This document shows, one piece after another, positions 28,872-38,774 of a stretch of 64,000 nucleotides of DNA (position 1 is the first letter of the stretch; each line of letters starts with the position of its first letter). Under the pieces are notes generated by a model that was given only the letters and a program-made list of their open reading frames with translations, was not told the DNA's origin and ran no database searches. Origin of the DNA: a virus; IMG/VR virus record IMGVR_UViG_3300027763_000027, positions 32,001-96,000 of that record; one strand, written 5' to 3'. Position numbers and translations under genes: made by a program.

Positions 28872-31342
28872 TTTTTTCTCCTTATAGCTTTGATTGTAAT
28901 CAAGCTAGCAATACCAAACATCATGAGTGAACTTGTAGAAGGTTCAGGTATAACACCAATTGTGCCATCTGTAGTAAAGTTACTAACATTCCACTTAAGA
29001 TCTGTGCTAGGAGTGTTCAAATTAGGAAGAGCAGCTTCTAATACTGCTACATCAAATGTACTCATATCAGCTGAACCCCAATCAAATAAATCATATGTGT
29101 TTCCATCTTCATATGTATAATTGTCTAGCGTTTCGAATGTGAATGCTGTATTAGTTCCTAATGTTAACAAGCTAGTTACATTAATTGCATCGTAGGTAGC
29201 ACCTCTGGTAGTTGGTGCAGCTAATTGGAATTGGAATGTTCCGTTACTTCCATTTAACTCATAAGCAGTTAGCAGACCAGGACTATTGCCAGGGGCCACA
29301 GTACCACCATTTAGAGTTAAACCCTGCACACTACCAGAGCCACCTAATGTACCTCCTGTATTTACCAAAATATCTCCTGCACTTCCATTTACTGATAGCA
29401 AGCTTCCATTGATAGTAGTACTACCAATAACGCCACCAGTATTAACTGTTGCTGTGCCAGAATTAAGTATAACAGTTCCAGCTGTTCCTTCTACTAATAA
29501 AGTACCACCACCAACAGTACTAGTACCTAAGAGACTACCGCCTGATTTTACATTGAGTGTACCACCAGTATTTACTGTTGATATACCAGTTCTTCCATAT
29601 ACATCCAATGTGCTGCCATTAACAGTTGTGATACCAGAATTGCCACCAGAATTTACTGTGGCTGTACCAGAATTAACAACAGTCTGTGCGACTGATCCTG
29701 ATACCAACAAAGTACCACCATTTACAGTAGCTTTAGAAGATGTACCACCTGTCTTTACATCAAAAGTACTGCCTGTGGCAATGGTTGTTTCGCCTATTGT
29801 ACCGCTATTGAGCAAGCTTCCTCCTGTGAGGGTAGAGTTGCCAAGAAACGCTCCATTATACACTGTAGCAGTTCCTGCAGACATGGAGAATGTACTACCA
29901 GTCCCTCTCAAGTCCAAGGTGCCACCGCCTTGTGTTATTGTACCAGTTGTACCATCTACTGATACCGTAGTGGTGACACCGATAGAGAAATTACCAATAG
30001 TCCCAGTGCTATCAACTATTAAGTTTCCTGCGTTAGCAGTTATACTACCAGCTGAACCTTTAACTCTTAAGGTACCACCTGATATTATAGCAGCACTAGA
30101 AGCAATAGAACCAGCAGTATCAACTATAAATGTACCATCTTGTATAGTAGTATCACCATTGTAAGAATTGACTGCTTGAAAAATTGCTGTTCCAGTTCCT
30201 GACTTAGTTAAGCCTCTAATAGCTCCTCCAGTATTGAGTAGAGAACCTTTAAATATAAAGTCACCTACACCACCTACAACACTTGTATCTGCAACTGTTC
30301 CTCCAATGTCCAATGAACCATCAAACTGCACAGTTAAATTAGTACTGTTGTTAAAAAGTCTTCTGCCACCACTAGAACCTGAAGATACAGTGAGCGTATT
30401 GGCACTATTAGTAAACTGCAGTAATGTCTTGTATCCTCCATGATTGGTAAAGTTCATATTATTACCTTGATATTGATTCATAACATAAGTAGTAACAGCA
30501 GCAGAATTAGATCCTGCTAGATCCAATGTTCCCATAGTAGATAAACTAGTAGAACCTTTCAAACTATTAGAAGCAGATAAACCGTTAGCCGTATTAACTA
30601 TAAGCTTGGGCATATTAGTTGTACCACTTGCTCCTCCAAGTGTTATTGCACCAGTACCCATTCCAGTAGCACCATTAACAATCACAGTGCCACCTCCTGT
30701 CATATCAAATCCTCCACCCAGTGTATTGTTACCATTGAATGTGACGCTACCGTTACCTGTGTATATAACTTTACCAGCAGTTGATAGAGGTCCTTGTCTG
30801 AGTTCATTGTTGAATGTGAATGAACCATCTCCTGCAAGAGTAAGAGTTCTAGATGTACTTGAAGAAGCGGTCGTAAGTGAAGCTATATTATTAAACACCA
30901 ATCCACCACCTGCTGTTTGAAACCAAGTATTGCTGGCGTTAGCATTTTCTACTAATATATTAAATGTCTGAATAGCAGTAGAATTATTACTAATGCCTCT
31001 GCTAACAGATAGAGTTTGCGTACCATTGAAGCTATTAATGTTGTATGCATTTGCATTTGTTAAAAACGTCATGCTCTGTGCAGCTCTAGTAGAAGTAAGT
31101 ATGACTGTATTGTTGCTTACTCCATAATTACCAAACTGAATTTCATCTGTGGTAGTACTAGAACTAGTTGATGAAGGTTGTATTCCATTTGTCCAGCTAG
31201 TTGGTGATGTCCAATTTGTTCCAGTATTATTCCACAAGAATACTACTGCTTGAGATTCTTGGACAGCTCCAGACATTAAAAAAGCCGCAATTAATTTTGC
31301 GGCTGTGCTTTTTAGTAACCTTTTTAGTAGGTTTATTTTCAT
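28847..31342 (-). CDS. PEP-CTERM surface protein with autotransporter-associated beta-strand repeats
   Basis: Signal peptide, GLTKSGTGT...NSYNGDTTI..G, Gly/Thr beta-helix repeats, APGNSPG, C-terminal IPEPS + TM + RRKK. Confidence 0.9.
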   Translation of the reverse strand: MKINLLKRLLKSTAAKLIAAFLMSGAVQESQAVVFLWNNTGTNWTSPTSWTNGIQPSSTSSSTTTDEIQFGNYGVSNNTVILTSTRAAQSMTFLTNANAYNINSFNGTQTLSVSRGISNNSTAIQTFNILVENANASNTWFQTAGGGLVFNNIASLTTASSSTSRTLTLAGDGSFTFNNELRQGPLSTAGKVIYTGNGSVTFNGNNTLGGGFDMTGGGTVIVNGATGMGTGAITLGGASGTTNMPKLIVNTANGLSASNSLKGSTSLSTMGTLDLAGSNSAAVTTYVMNQYQGNNMNFTNHGGYKTLLQFTNSANTLTVSSGSSGGRRLFNNSTNLTVQFDGSLDIGGTVADTSVVGGVGDFIFKGSLLNTGGAIRGLTKSGTGTAIFQAVNSYNGDTTIQDGTFIVDTAGSIASSAAIISGGTLRVKGSAGSITANAGNLIVDSTGTIGNFSIGVTTTVSVDGTTGTITQGGGTLDLRGTGSTFSMSAGTATVYNGAFLGNSTLTGGSLLNSGTIGETTIATGSTFDVKTGGTSSKATVNGGTLLVSGSVAQTVVNSGTATVNSGGNSGITTVNGSTLDVYGRTGISTVNTGGTLNVKSGGSLLGTSTVGGGTLLVEGTAGTVILNSGTATVNTGGVIGSTTINGSLLSVNGSAGDILVNTGGTLGGSGSVQGLTLNGGTVAPGNSPGLLTAYELNGSNGTFQFQLAAPTTRGATYDAINVTSLLTLGTNTAFTFETLDNYTYEDGNTYDLFDWGSADMSTFDVAVLEAALPNLNTPSTDLKWNVSNFTTDGTIGVIPEPSTSSLMMFGIASLITIKAIRRKKCQHKTHS

Positions 31343-31351
31343 GATATTAGT

Positions 31352-31882
31352 TTACTCCTTCTTGTTTTCATCTAAATGTATAGACACCTCTTTATAGATT
31401 TTGTTCATTTTATTTTTCTTTGTTTTTTGAACGTATGTCCAATCATTTAGCATGAAATCCTCTACTACTATTATAGGATAATATTGATTAATATACAATC
31501 TTATTTTTTCTCTATATTCTTTTTTCTTTCCTATTTTGCATATTGGTGATGTGCCCCAATTAGGGTCATACATCCATAAATTGTTATTATATTCAAAAAT
31601 GCAAATTGCATGACCAAGCATATTTTGTACATCGTCTTTATAGTAAAATGTAAAACCATAAACACTATTCCAAACTTCTCCAGATGTTTCTAAAAGAAGA
31701 TTGCATCTAGAAGCATATATCATTGAGTCAACAAAACAAGAATTAGGAAGATTTGTTATTGAATAATGTTTTTTTAATTCAAAACCAATTTTTAACCAAA
31801 AGATCCAAGATATGACAATTGCTAACCCAACTAATACTGTTTTCGATTTCCAGTTCCAAAGTTTATTTAATATTTTTTTCAC
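31352..31882 (-). CDS. Membrane-anchored transglutaminase/papain-like Cys-His-Asp protein (putative protease)
   Basis: N-terminal TM, then NSCFVDS ... GHAICIF ... WMYDPN. Confidence 0.6.
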   Translation of the reverse strand: MKKILNKLWNWKSKTVLVGLAIVISWIFWLKIGFELKKHYSITNLPNSCFVDSMIYASRCNLLLETSGEVWNSVYGFTFYYKDDVQNMLGHAICIFEYNNNLWMYDPNWGTSPICKIGKKKEYREKIRLYINQYYPIIVVEDFMLNDWTYVQKTKKNKMNKIYKEVSIHLDENKKE

Positions 31883-32711
31883 CTTCAGCTTGTTTGGCTT
31901 CAGTTTCTTGTCCTTTTTTGAACATTACATAGTTATGAATTGTAATCATATAATCTTCAGCAAGAGCAGCCATTTGTTGTAAAAATGGTTCTGTAAGATT
32001 TTCTTTGACCATTGGATCATTAATTTTATCCATCACATTTTTTGAATGTTGATAAATAGAATTAATTGAACCAACTATCATTTCATAAAAATCTTCTTTG
32101 TAATCTTCTAAGTCTTCAATTTCTTGTGCTTGAGATAGGGAAGCGTCAATTTTAAGAAGTTCAACTTGATCAAATTCTATTTCGCCATCCCATTCGTATT
32201 CTTCGTTTAGATAATCTGCTGCTTGGGCTTTTTTTAATGCTTCTTGCGTTGGCCGATCTTTCGATCCTGGTTTTGCTGGACGATAATTTTTGCCCATTCT
32301 TTTTTTCTTTTGTTGAATATTATACCAGAGACCTTTATTCTTGGCTTGAACATCTGCTTCTAAAGTAATTTCTTCTTCATTAACTGATCCACAATTTGGT
32401 TTTCCACATGAACTTGTAATTTTGCTAACTGGCTTGGCACTCCACATTTTACAAGACCAGTAGTTAGCTTTATATTTTGGACCAGGATTATCGCAACCAT
32501 GTCTGGCTCTGTATGCTTTTCTTCTTTCTGGATTATCTCTTTTAATAGACATATTTGGATCGCCGAAAGTAACTTTTACAATATTACCTTTATCATTTTT
32601 AACATAAACGCCAAATTTCTTTTTGCTTCCAGAAGGAAGACGAAATGGTTTATTAAGTGGGGCTTTGCCTTTTTTGGCTGCTAATATATCTTTTGAAAAA
32701 TCGATTTCCAT
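31863..32711 (-). CDS. Basic multi-module phage protein (possible head-associated or DNA-binding)
   Basis: KKFGVYV...VTFGD...RRKAYRARHGC...ANYWSC module seen in large DNA viruses, plus a GLWYNI..K module; GTGTAA motif upstream. Confidence 0.6.
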   Translation of the reverse strand: MEIDFSKDILAAKKGKAPLNKPFRLPSGSKKKFGVYVKNDKGNIVKVTFGDPNMSIKRDNPERRKAYRARHGCDNPGPKYKANYWSCKMWSAKPVSKITSSCGKPNCGSVNEEEITLEADVQAKNKGLWYNIQQKKKRMGKNYRPAKPGSKDRPTQEALKKAQAADYLNEEYEWDGEIEFDQVELLKIDASLSQAQEIEDLEDYKEDFYEMIVGSINSIYQHSKNVMDKINDPMVKENLTEPFLQQMAALAEDYMITIHNYVMFKKGQETEAKQAEGEKNIK

Positions 32712-32736
32712 ATTATTTAATATAGTTACACTATTT

Positions 32737-35700
32737 TTATGCGGCGGTGATGGTGATGGATGGAGACCAACCAGTGGTAGGGATGTAATCTGCAGATTGG
32801 CTACTTGAAGTATTTACAGAAAATTCATCAGGAATTGGAGGGATGCTTCCTTCGTCATAATTGCCAGCGGAGAATTTTATTAGATACCAAGTATTCGGAG
32901 ATAGTGTTACATTAGGGGCCGCGTTTGGCTGATTAGAGACATAGGTTGTTGCGGATGTGTTGAAGAACAGAATTGCTCTGCTTCCAGTTCCAGTATCATA
33001 ATCCCACACACTGTATCCATAGTAGTTTGCTGGTCTTGGTGGTGTGGTTTGAGATTCATCAAATGAATATAAAAGATTTCCATCTCCATTATCATTTTCT
33101 TTTGTAAGTGTAAATCCAAGGTAGTCGCTTGTTATTGATGCTGTGCTTGCGTAAGGAATCCCAGGGGGTGTAGGTGTAATAGAATATTTATTAGATAGAT
33201 AACTTTCTACTTCTTGTCTTTCTGATGTATCTAAGACTCGATTGTAAATAATTACTTCTGCTATATTTGAAGATCCATCTCCTCCACCAATAAATAGATT
33301 ATATCCACCATTTGCACTGCCAAGAGAAGCAGTTCCAACAGGAATCCCATTATAATATAAACGTGCTGTATCTGCATTAAATGTTGTTTCAAGTATATAA
33401 TTTGTATTGGCATTTAATGTATTGCTTGAAGTCAAAACGGAATTCCCATCAAACGTTAAATTTAAAGTATTTGAGGTATCTCTAAGAAATTTAAACTCAC
33501 TTTCATGATAAACCAAGAATGAATTAACGATATTTTCAGTAAATCTAGCAACACAAAAAATTGTCCCAATAAATTGACTTTCATACCATATTGTTGGACA
33601 AGTTAGATTTGTATTTGCAGGAAAATTTACAAATGACTTTCCACCAATTGTTACATAAGATGATGGTATGTAAGATGATAATGAGGCGTTTCTAGCGTTC
33701 TCGCTTTGATCTTCCCAAGAATTTACATGGTTTGTATTTACGGTTTCCGTTGTTGCGTTTCCGATAATAGAGCCAGATGGAATAGACACTGCAGTAGAAG
33801 TTGGTGATCCAATTGACCTTAAAAATGGTGAAACTGAAACACTATCACTAGGATTTGGAGAAATATTACTTCCATTTAGGGTATAATAGGTAAAAAATTC
33901 GTACTCATTATTCCAAATCTGCTCACCATTCACAGTGATTAATTTTTTTCGAGTCTCTTTCACATACCATGGGGAATTTTGCTCTTCTTGACCAATATAT
34001 TTATCTATAGTTGGATACTGGAAGCTTATACCGAAACCTGCAGGTTCTAGAGACTCTAGTCTTGTATACGTTCCATTTCCAGCCGTTTCTGGCCCACTTA
34101 TAGTTATTGAGAGTGGATAAGATGCTGGATCCCAAGATACATAATTATTTGTTGTCGCAATAGGAAGAGACCAGTAGCCGTCGTTACTGATACGAGAAAG
34201 AGTATTTCCTTCAATACGATACTGACCTTTACTAAAGATAAAATCGCTTAAATTATAAATATCCCTATTATAGGTTCCATTTGCGTCTGTATATATCCCA
34301 GTAAATCCATTAATAATAAATTGTGAAATGTAAGAATTATATGTGCTCCAATTTATTCCATCGAAGGATTGATATCCTATGTCCGTGCCCCCTACGTTTT
34401 CTGTTATTATTCTATAATCATAATCACCATCACCATTGATACTATAACTTATATTTCCAAGGCTATAATCATTTAATCTGTTATCTTCAAAATTATAAGT
34501 TGGAATACTTGATGCATTATATGTGCCAGTAACACTTGGATTTCCGCTAAGTACTATTTGTGAAATATAATTATAACTAAATTTATTTATTCCAGTACTT
34601 GCATCTAACCAAAGGCTAGGAAAGAACATGTTATCTATATTAGGAAATCTATCTTTTTCGCCGCTATATAAATTAGCTACTTGAATTTCTGTTAAACCTG
34701 TATTGTAAACTTGGAAACTACCAACAGATCCTTTGCCAAAACCACCCTCTCCCATGTTGGTACTATCACCTCCACATATTGCATAATATAAATTAGTTGG
34801 ACCATTCATTCTTTGGCAATTACTGTCAGCAATTTTTTCTCCATTTATATAAGCACTCAAAACTCCAGAAAAATAAGTTAATCCAAGATGATACCATCTA
34901 TCAAAATTTATTGATCCAGTAGATTGAATTTTGAATGTTGAATTTGTTCTATAGTCTCCCCATATTCCAAAATTAACTTTGCCATCTTGCGTTACTTCTA
35001 GTTGACTATCATGCCATCCTCCAAATAATCCAGGTTGACCTAATTCGTCAACAACTACTCCAGCGCCAGTTGGTTTAAACCATATAAAATAAGAAATTGA
35101 TCCATCAGTTGATTGAGGAACTTCTTGAGTCATTGCATATTGATCTACTCCATTAAAAGAATATATTCCACTATAATCAGAGCTATAAGTTGGATTATTA
35201 ACTAAAGTAACGTGTTTATTACCAGTATAAATTACTCCACTATTATTGAAACCAGAAATTGAATCTAGCCAAACATGAGAATAAACTGCATTTGGCGCAG
35301 GGTTATATCCTGTGTTTGTTGATTGCCACTCTCCTAATGTGAAATCGTAAACATAATCATTTGAATTTGTTGCAATTCCATCTCCAGTAGAATTAAAAAA
35401 TAATCCACTAAAATCATAAGTATCGCCTTGTGCTCCATTACGATAACTTAAACTTAAACCAGCAGTAGTTGGATTCGCTGGATGACCCCATTGTAATCTA
35501 ACTGGATAATAAGTTCCAGAAGTTAAAGGTAAATTTATAATATTTGTTGAATTGTATGCAATTGAATACATATCTGCATTTCCAGTAGTATATCCATTAA
35601 GAGCTTTATTTCCTATCCAGAAATAAGCATCTTCATCGGCATTTATATAAAAATTATGATTTGAAGTATCATTTGCTCTAAAGTATCCAACCCATTGCCA

Positions 35701-37815
35701 TGAAGTATCATTTGAAAGAGCACGAGTAGTTCCAAAATTTGTGCTATTTTCAAAATTTTGAGTTTGTGTTATAGTAGTTGTTGGGGCTCCTTCATCGCCA
35801 TATTCTTCTATTGCTTCTGGAGTCATTGTCCATGTTATTAAATCATTTGATTTACTATGAATCGGGCCAATATTTGCTTGCAAGTACCAATAAGATTCTG
35901 ATGTTGAAAATGCAGAATGATAATAAATTGCCCATCCATCATTTCCTTGGGTACCTTGGAAATAGGATGTACCTTGATTATTTTGATCTCCAACTTTTAT
36001 ATATGGCCCTACCATATCGCTAGTTGGATGATTTAAAAATAATTCATTTATTATTGGTTTTACAGAAGCTGTATTAAACCATGTTGGGTCACTATCAAAA
36101 TAACCGCTATATTGAATTCCTAATAATCCATCTGTTTTGTTTCTAGGATAAACTCTTGTTGTAGAAGTTAACCCTACTGGGTCTGGACTTTCTCCTAAAC
36201 AGTTTCCTACAACGTACCAGCTTGAAAAATTTTCAGTAAGATATGTAATCCCACCATTTTCTTCATTGTCTGGATTATATACTTGACTATCCCACAATGA
36301 AAATTCGATTGCTCCGTCTTTGGATATATAATTTCCATTTGGCCCAGTAAATGTTGTATCTCCACCAGCTGATCTAGTGTATGTTCCATTACTAGTTGCT
36401 GTTCCTGCGTTGCTAATTATTATTGAGCTAACAAAATCATAATACCAACCATTTGGATCTAAATTAACATCATCATTAGTATATCTAGTAATATTATCAT
36501 CATCTTGTAAATCCCATCCGCTATTTTGATTTTTTGTTATGCGCCTTCCATTTTGCGAAAGACTATTAAATGTATTATCTCCAGAATTTGTTCTAGTATA
36601 TATATCATCTATAGCCCCTTGTATTTCTACTCTATTAACAAAAGGAATATTTCCAGTATTAAAATAAGTCCAATCATTTTCTATCCAATCTCCAACAAAA
36701 TATCCAGTTTTTCCATACTGAACATCAAACTCAACAAAATTATTTTTACCAGATACTACTGGTCCATAAAATCCAGTATTATGAAACATGCTTCCAGAAA
36801 TTGGTGCCCCAGTTTGTGTATAAACATAAACTCCATCTACTGTTGATACTCCTGCGCCATCAAATGATATTTGATTTGGATTCTCATTGTAAGAAACTGC
36901 ATCAAGAGATAATACTCTACCAAAGTACGCAGAAGGAGGAGCACATACTCTATGGCCTTTGCTATCAACATCATAAAATAATTTGCCAGCTAAATCTGAA
37001 GTCCAAGTATTTGATCCTGGGGGCATATAATCAAAGATTAAAACTCCTTCACCTGCTGGTCCGTTACCAAATTCTACTGTTAATGGATAATAAGAATTTG
37101 CAACCATTGTGAATGTGCCAGGTGGATCTGTGTGATAAGGTCCATGAATTCCAGGTAATGATACTACAGAATTAGAAATTGTTCTATTTCCATCAAGAGC
37201 ATTATTTCCTACCCATAAGTAACTAGCATCATCTGAATACAATCTAAATTTATATACGCCATTTACTGTAGGTTTAAAATAACCTTTTATAATAAGACTT
37301 TTATTGTTTTGTCCTTGAGCTTGAGAATAAGAATCATCAATTTGAGAACTAACTGATTCAGAAACTAAGACTGGTCCTAAGTTTGCAGTTCCTGCATTTT
37401 CAATTGGACCTCCACCGAAATAACTAACACCTTTGCCTATTGATGGAAACGGTAAACCTAAAGCTTCTGGTGTACTGTATTGAGGTGATTCTACGAATCC
37501 CCAGTTATACCAATCTTGTTGAGTTGTAGTTCCAATATCTAATATTTGATATGATTTACCTATATCTCCTATACTAATTGCGCTGACTAATTTAGTATCA
37601 AAAAATTCATTAACATCATCAAAATAACCTTCATATTTTTTCTTATATAATCCAGGCGCTAAATTTAAACATGCTGTATTACTATCTTCTGGAGTTGGGG
37701 GCGGTGGAGTTGGAGTACTATTAATTTTTCTTTTAGGATTAGTTACAATATTTCTGCCTTGATTGTTACGTTGGCTTTTGCCTAGTACTATAGAATTTCT
37801 ATTTTTAACAATCAT
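32737..37815 (-). CDS. Large carbohydrate-binding (PA14 + LamG/ConA-like) putative virion fibre/adhesin
   Basis: Two PA14-like units (GYFKP..Y.F...SDDASYLW; GYFRA..DEDAYFW), LamG signatures (FNGVDQY, WYHLG.T, YINGE, IAEVIIYNR.L), repeated NGTYTR modules. Confidence 0.75.
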   Translation of the reverse strand: MIVKNRNSIVLGKSQRNNQGRNIVTNPKRKINSTPTPPPPTPEDSNTACLNLAPGLYKKKYEGYFDDVNEFFDTKLVSAISIGDIGKSYQILDIGTTTQQDWYNWGFVESPQYSTPEALGLPFPSIGKGVSYFGGGPIENAGTANLGPVLVSESVSSQIDDSYSQAQGQNNKSLIIKGYFKPTVNGVYKFRLYSDDASYLWVGNNALDGNRTISNSVVSLPGIHGPYHTDPPGTFTMVANSYYPLTVEFGNGPAGEGVLIFDYMPPGSNTWTSDLAGKLFYDVDSKGHRVCAPPSAYFGRVLSLDAVSYNENPNQISFDGAGVSTVDGVYVYTQTGAPISGSMFHNTGFYGPVVSGKNNFVEFDVQYGKTGYFVGDWIENDWTYFNTGNIPFVNRVEIQGAIDDIYTRTNSGDNTFNSLSQNGRRITKNQNSGWDLQDDDNITRYTNDDVNLDPNGWYYDFVSSIIISNAGTATSNGTYTRSAGGDTTFTGPNGNYISKDGAIEFSLWDSQVYNPDNEENGGITYLTENFSSWYVVGNCLGESPDPVGLTSTTRVYPRNKTDGLLGIQYSGYFDSDPTWFNTASVKPIINELFLNHPTSDMVGPYIKVGDQNNQGTSYFQGTQGNDGWAIYYHSAFSTSESYWYLQANIGPIHSKSNDLITWTMTPEAIEEYGDEGAPTTTITQTQNFENSTNFGTTRALSNDTSWQWVGYFRANDTSNHNFYINADEDAYFWIGNKALNGYTTGNADMYSIAYNSTNIINLPLTSGTYYPVRLQWGHPANPTTAGLSLSYRNGAQGDTYDFSGLFFNSTGDGIATNSNDYVYDFTLGEWQSTNTGYNPAPNAVYSHVWLDSISGFNNSGVIYTGNKHVTLVNNPTYSSDYSGIYSFNGVDQYAMTQEVPQSTDGSISYFIWFKPTGAGVVVDELGQPGLFGGWHDSQLEVTQDGKVNFGIWGDYRTNSTFKIQSTGSINFDRWYHLGLTYFSGVLSAYINGEKIADSNCQRMNGPTNLYYAICGGDSTNMGEGGFGKGSVGSFQVYNTGLTEIQVANLYSGEKDRFPNIDNMFFPSLWLDASTGINKFSYNYISQIVLSGNPSVTGTYNASSIPTYNFEDNRLNDYSLGNISYSINGDGDYDYRIITENVGGTDIGYQSFDGINWSTYNSYISQFIINGFTGIYTDANGTYNRDIYNLSDFIFSKGQYRIEGNTLSRISNDGYWSLPIATTNNYVSWDPASYPLSITISGPETAGNGTYTRLESLEPAGFGISFQYPTIDKYIGQEEQNSPWYVKETRKKLITVNGEQIWNNEYEFFTYYTLNGSNISPNPSDSVSVSPFLRSIGSPTSTAVSIPSGSIIGNATTETVNTNHVNSWEDQSENARNASLSSYIPSSYVTIGGKSFVNFPANTNLTCPTIWYESQFIGTIFCVARFTENIVNSFLVYHESEFKFLRDTSNTLNLTFDGNSVLTSSNTLNANTNYILETTFNADTARLYYNGIPVGTASLGSANGGYNLFIGGGDGSSNIAEVIIYNRVLDTSERQEVESYLSNKYSITPTPPGIPYASTASITSDYLGFTLTKENDNGDGNLLYSFDESQTTPPRPANYYGYSVWDYDTGTGSRAILFFNTSATTYVSNQPNAAPNVTLSPNTWYLIKFSAGNYDEGSIPPIPDEFSVNTSSSQSADYIPTTGWSPSITITAA

Positions 37816-37868
37816 ATTAAATATTACACATTTAAATTATTTTAAATGTATTTTAAATTAATATAAAA

Positions 37869-38270
37869 TTAACTTCTTTCCCAAGAAATAAAATTGGGAG
37901 TTGATTCGTTTGCGCCAAGAACGCTAACGGCTCCAGTATAATTAAGATCACTTAAAATACCACCGTCTGCAGCAAAATTGGCTGATCCACTTATTAGAAT
38001 AAAATTAAAACTATTACTCGAAGCATTTTCTCCATATTTAACGAAAAGATTGTTTGTTCCTAAATTTTGAATAAAAAGTTCTTCTCGATCAGCGTTTGCT
38101 TGTAAAGCTATACCATTTGTTGTATTTGGTGTGAAATTAGATATATTTGATCCTTTTGAGGTTAAGTCGTCTACGGAGATAGCTTCTTGAGCTTTGTAAG
38201 AATCTGTAGTTGGATCATAAACTAAAGATATTCTTTTTTCTCCAGGATCATTTGATTTAATATTAGCCAT
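37869..38270 (-). CDS. Hypothetical protein (likely structural)
   Basis: 133 aa, R.ELFIQNLG..L.V.YG pattern; GTGTAA upstream. Confidence 0.6.
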   Translation of the reverse strand: MANIKSNDPGEKRISLVYDPTTDSYKAQEAISVDDLTSKGSNISNFTPNTTNGIALQANADREELFIQNLGTNNLFVKYGENASSNSFNFILISGSANFAADGGILSDLNYTGAVSVLGANESTPNFISWERS

Positions 38271-38337
38271 AGTAAATACTATTACACATTAAATATAAAA
38301 AATGATATTATAAATTATTAATCTTTGTATTATATCT

Positions 38338-38725
38338 TGGACCCGAGAGGAGTTGAACCTCTGTCTTTTAAAAATCTAAATTAAAATACTACAAGTTTAG
38401 TTCATTTTAATATTTAGCTTCATATAGATAAATAAACAAACATATTCAGCGTATTCTATCTTGAGTATTGCTATCTAAAGAATAGAAAAACTATTAAATA
38501 GCAAACATCTAATTACGCAATATTCCAGTAGATGTGTCGTGGATATCACGCTGTAACTTAAGCTACAGAAGCGGTCTCTTCTACAAGAGAAACTCTTGCA
38601 GAAATATGACCTTTATATTTTGCTGTTTTGGCAGTTAATATAATTGAAACTTTTTAAGGAGTCCTCGATTCAACCTCCACTTGCATTTCAATTTATTTCT
38701 TTAAAATCGAAACCAGTACGGGCCC
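38338..38725 (-). ncRNA. ssrA: tmRNA
   Basis: 5' GGGCCCG pairs with 3' CGGGTCC-A, giving the G3:U alanine identity pair. 5' GGTTTCGA, T-arm AGAGGTTCAACTCCTCT. Resume context TTAACT-GCC and tag ORF 38632-38558 AKTAKYKGHISARVSLVEETASVA*. CCA not encoded. Confidence 0.92.
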
Positions 38726-38746
38726 AATGAGAATGAACTATACTAT

Positions 38747-38774
38747 ATTATACATTTTATTTGAATTTTGGCAA
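38747..38774 (-). promoter_or_regulatory. sigma70-type promoter for tmRNA
   Basis: TTGCCA-16 nt-TATAAT, 21 nt upstream of the mature 5' end. Confidence 0.55.

Noticed and set aside
26812-30920. Long antisense ORFs (26812-27549, 29286-30164, 30606-30920)
   Set aside because: Mirror frames of Gly/Thr/Ser-rich genes, with no independent motifs.
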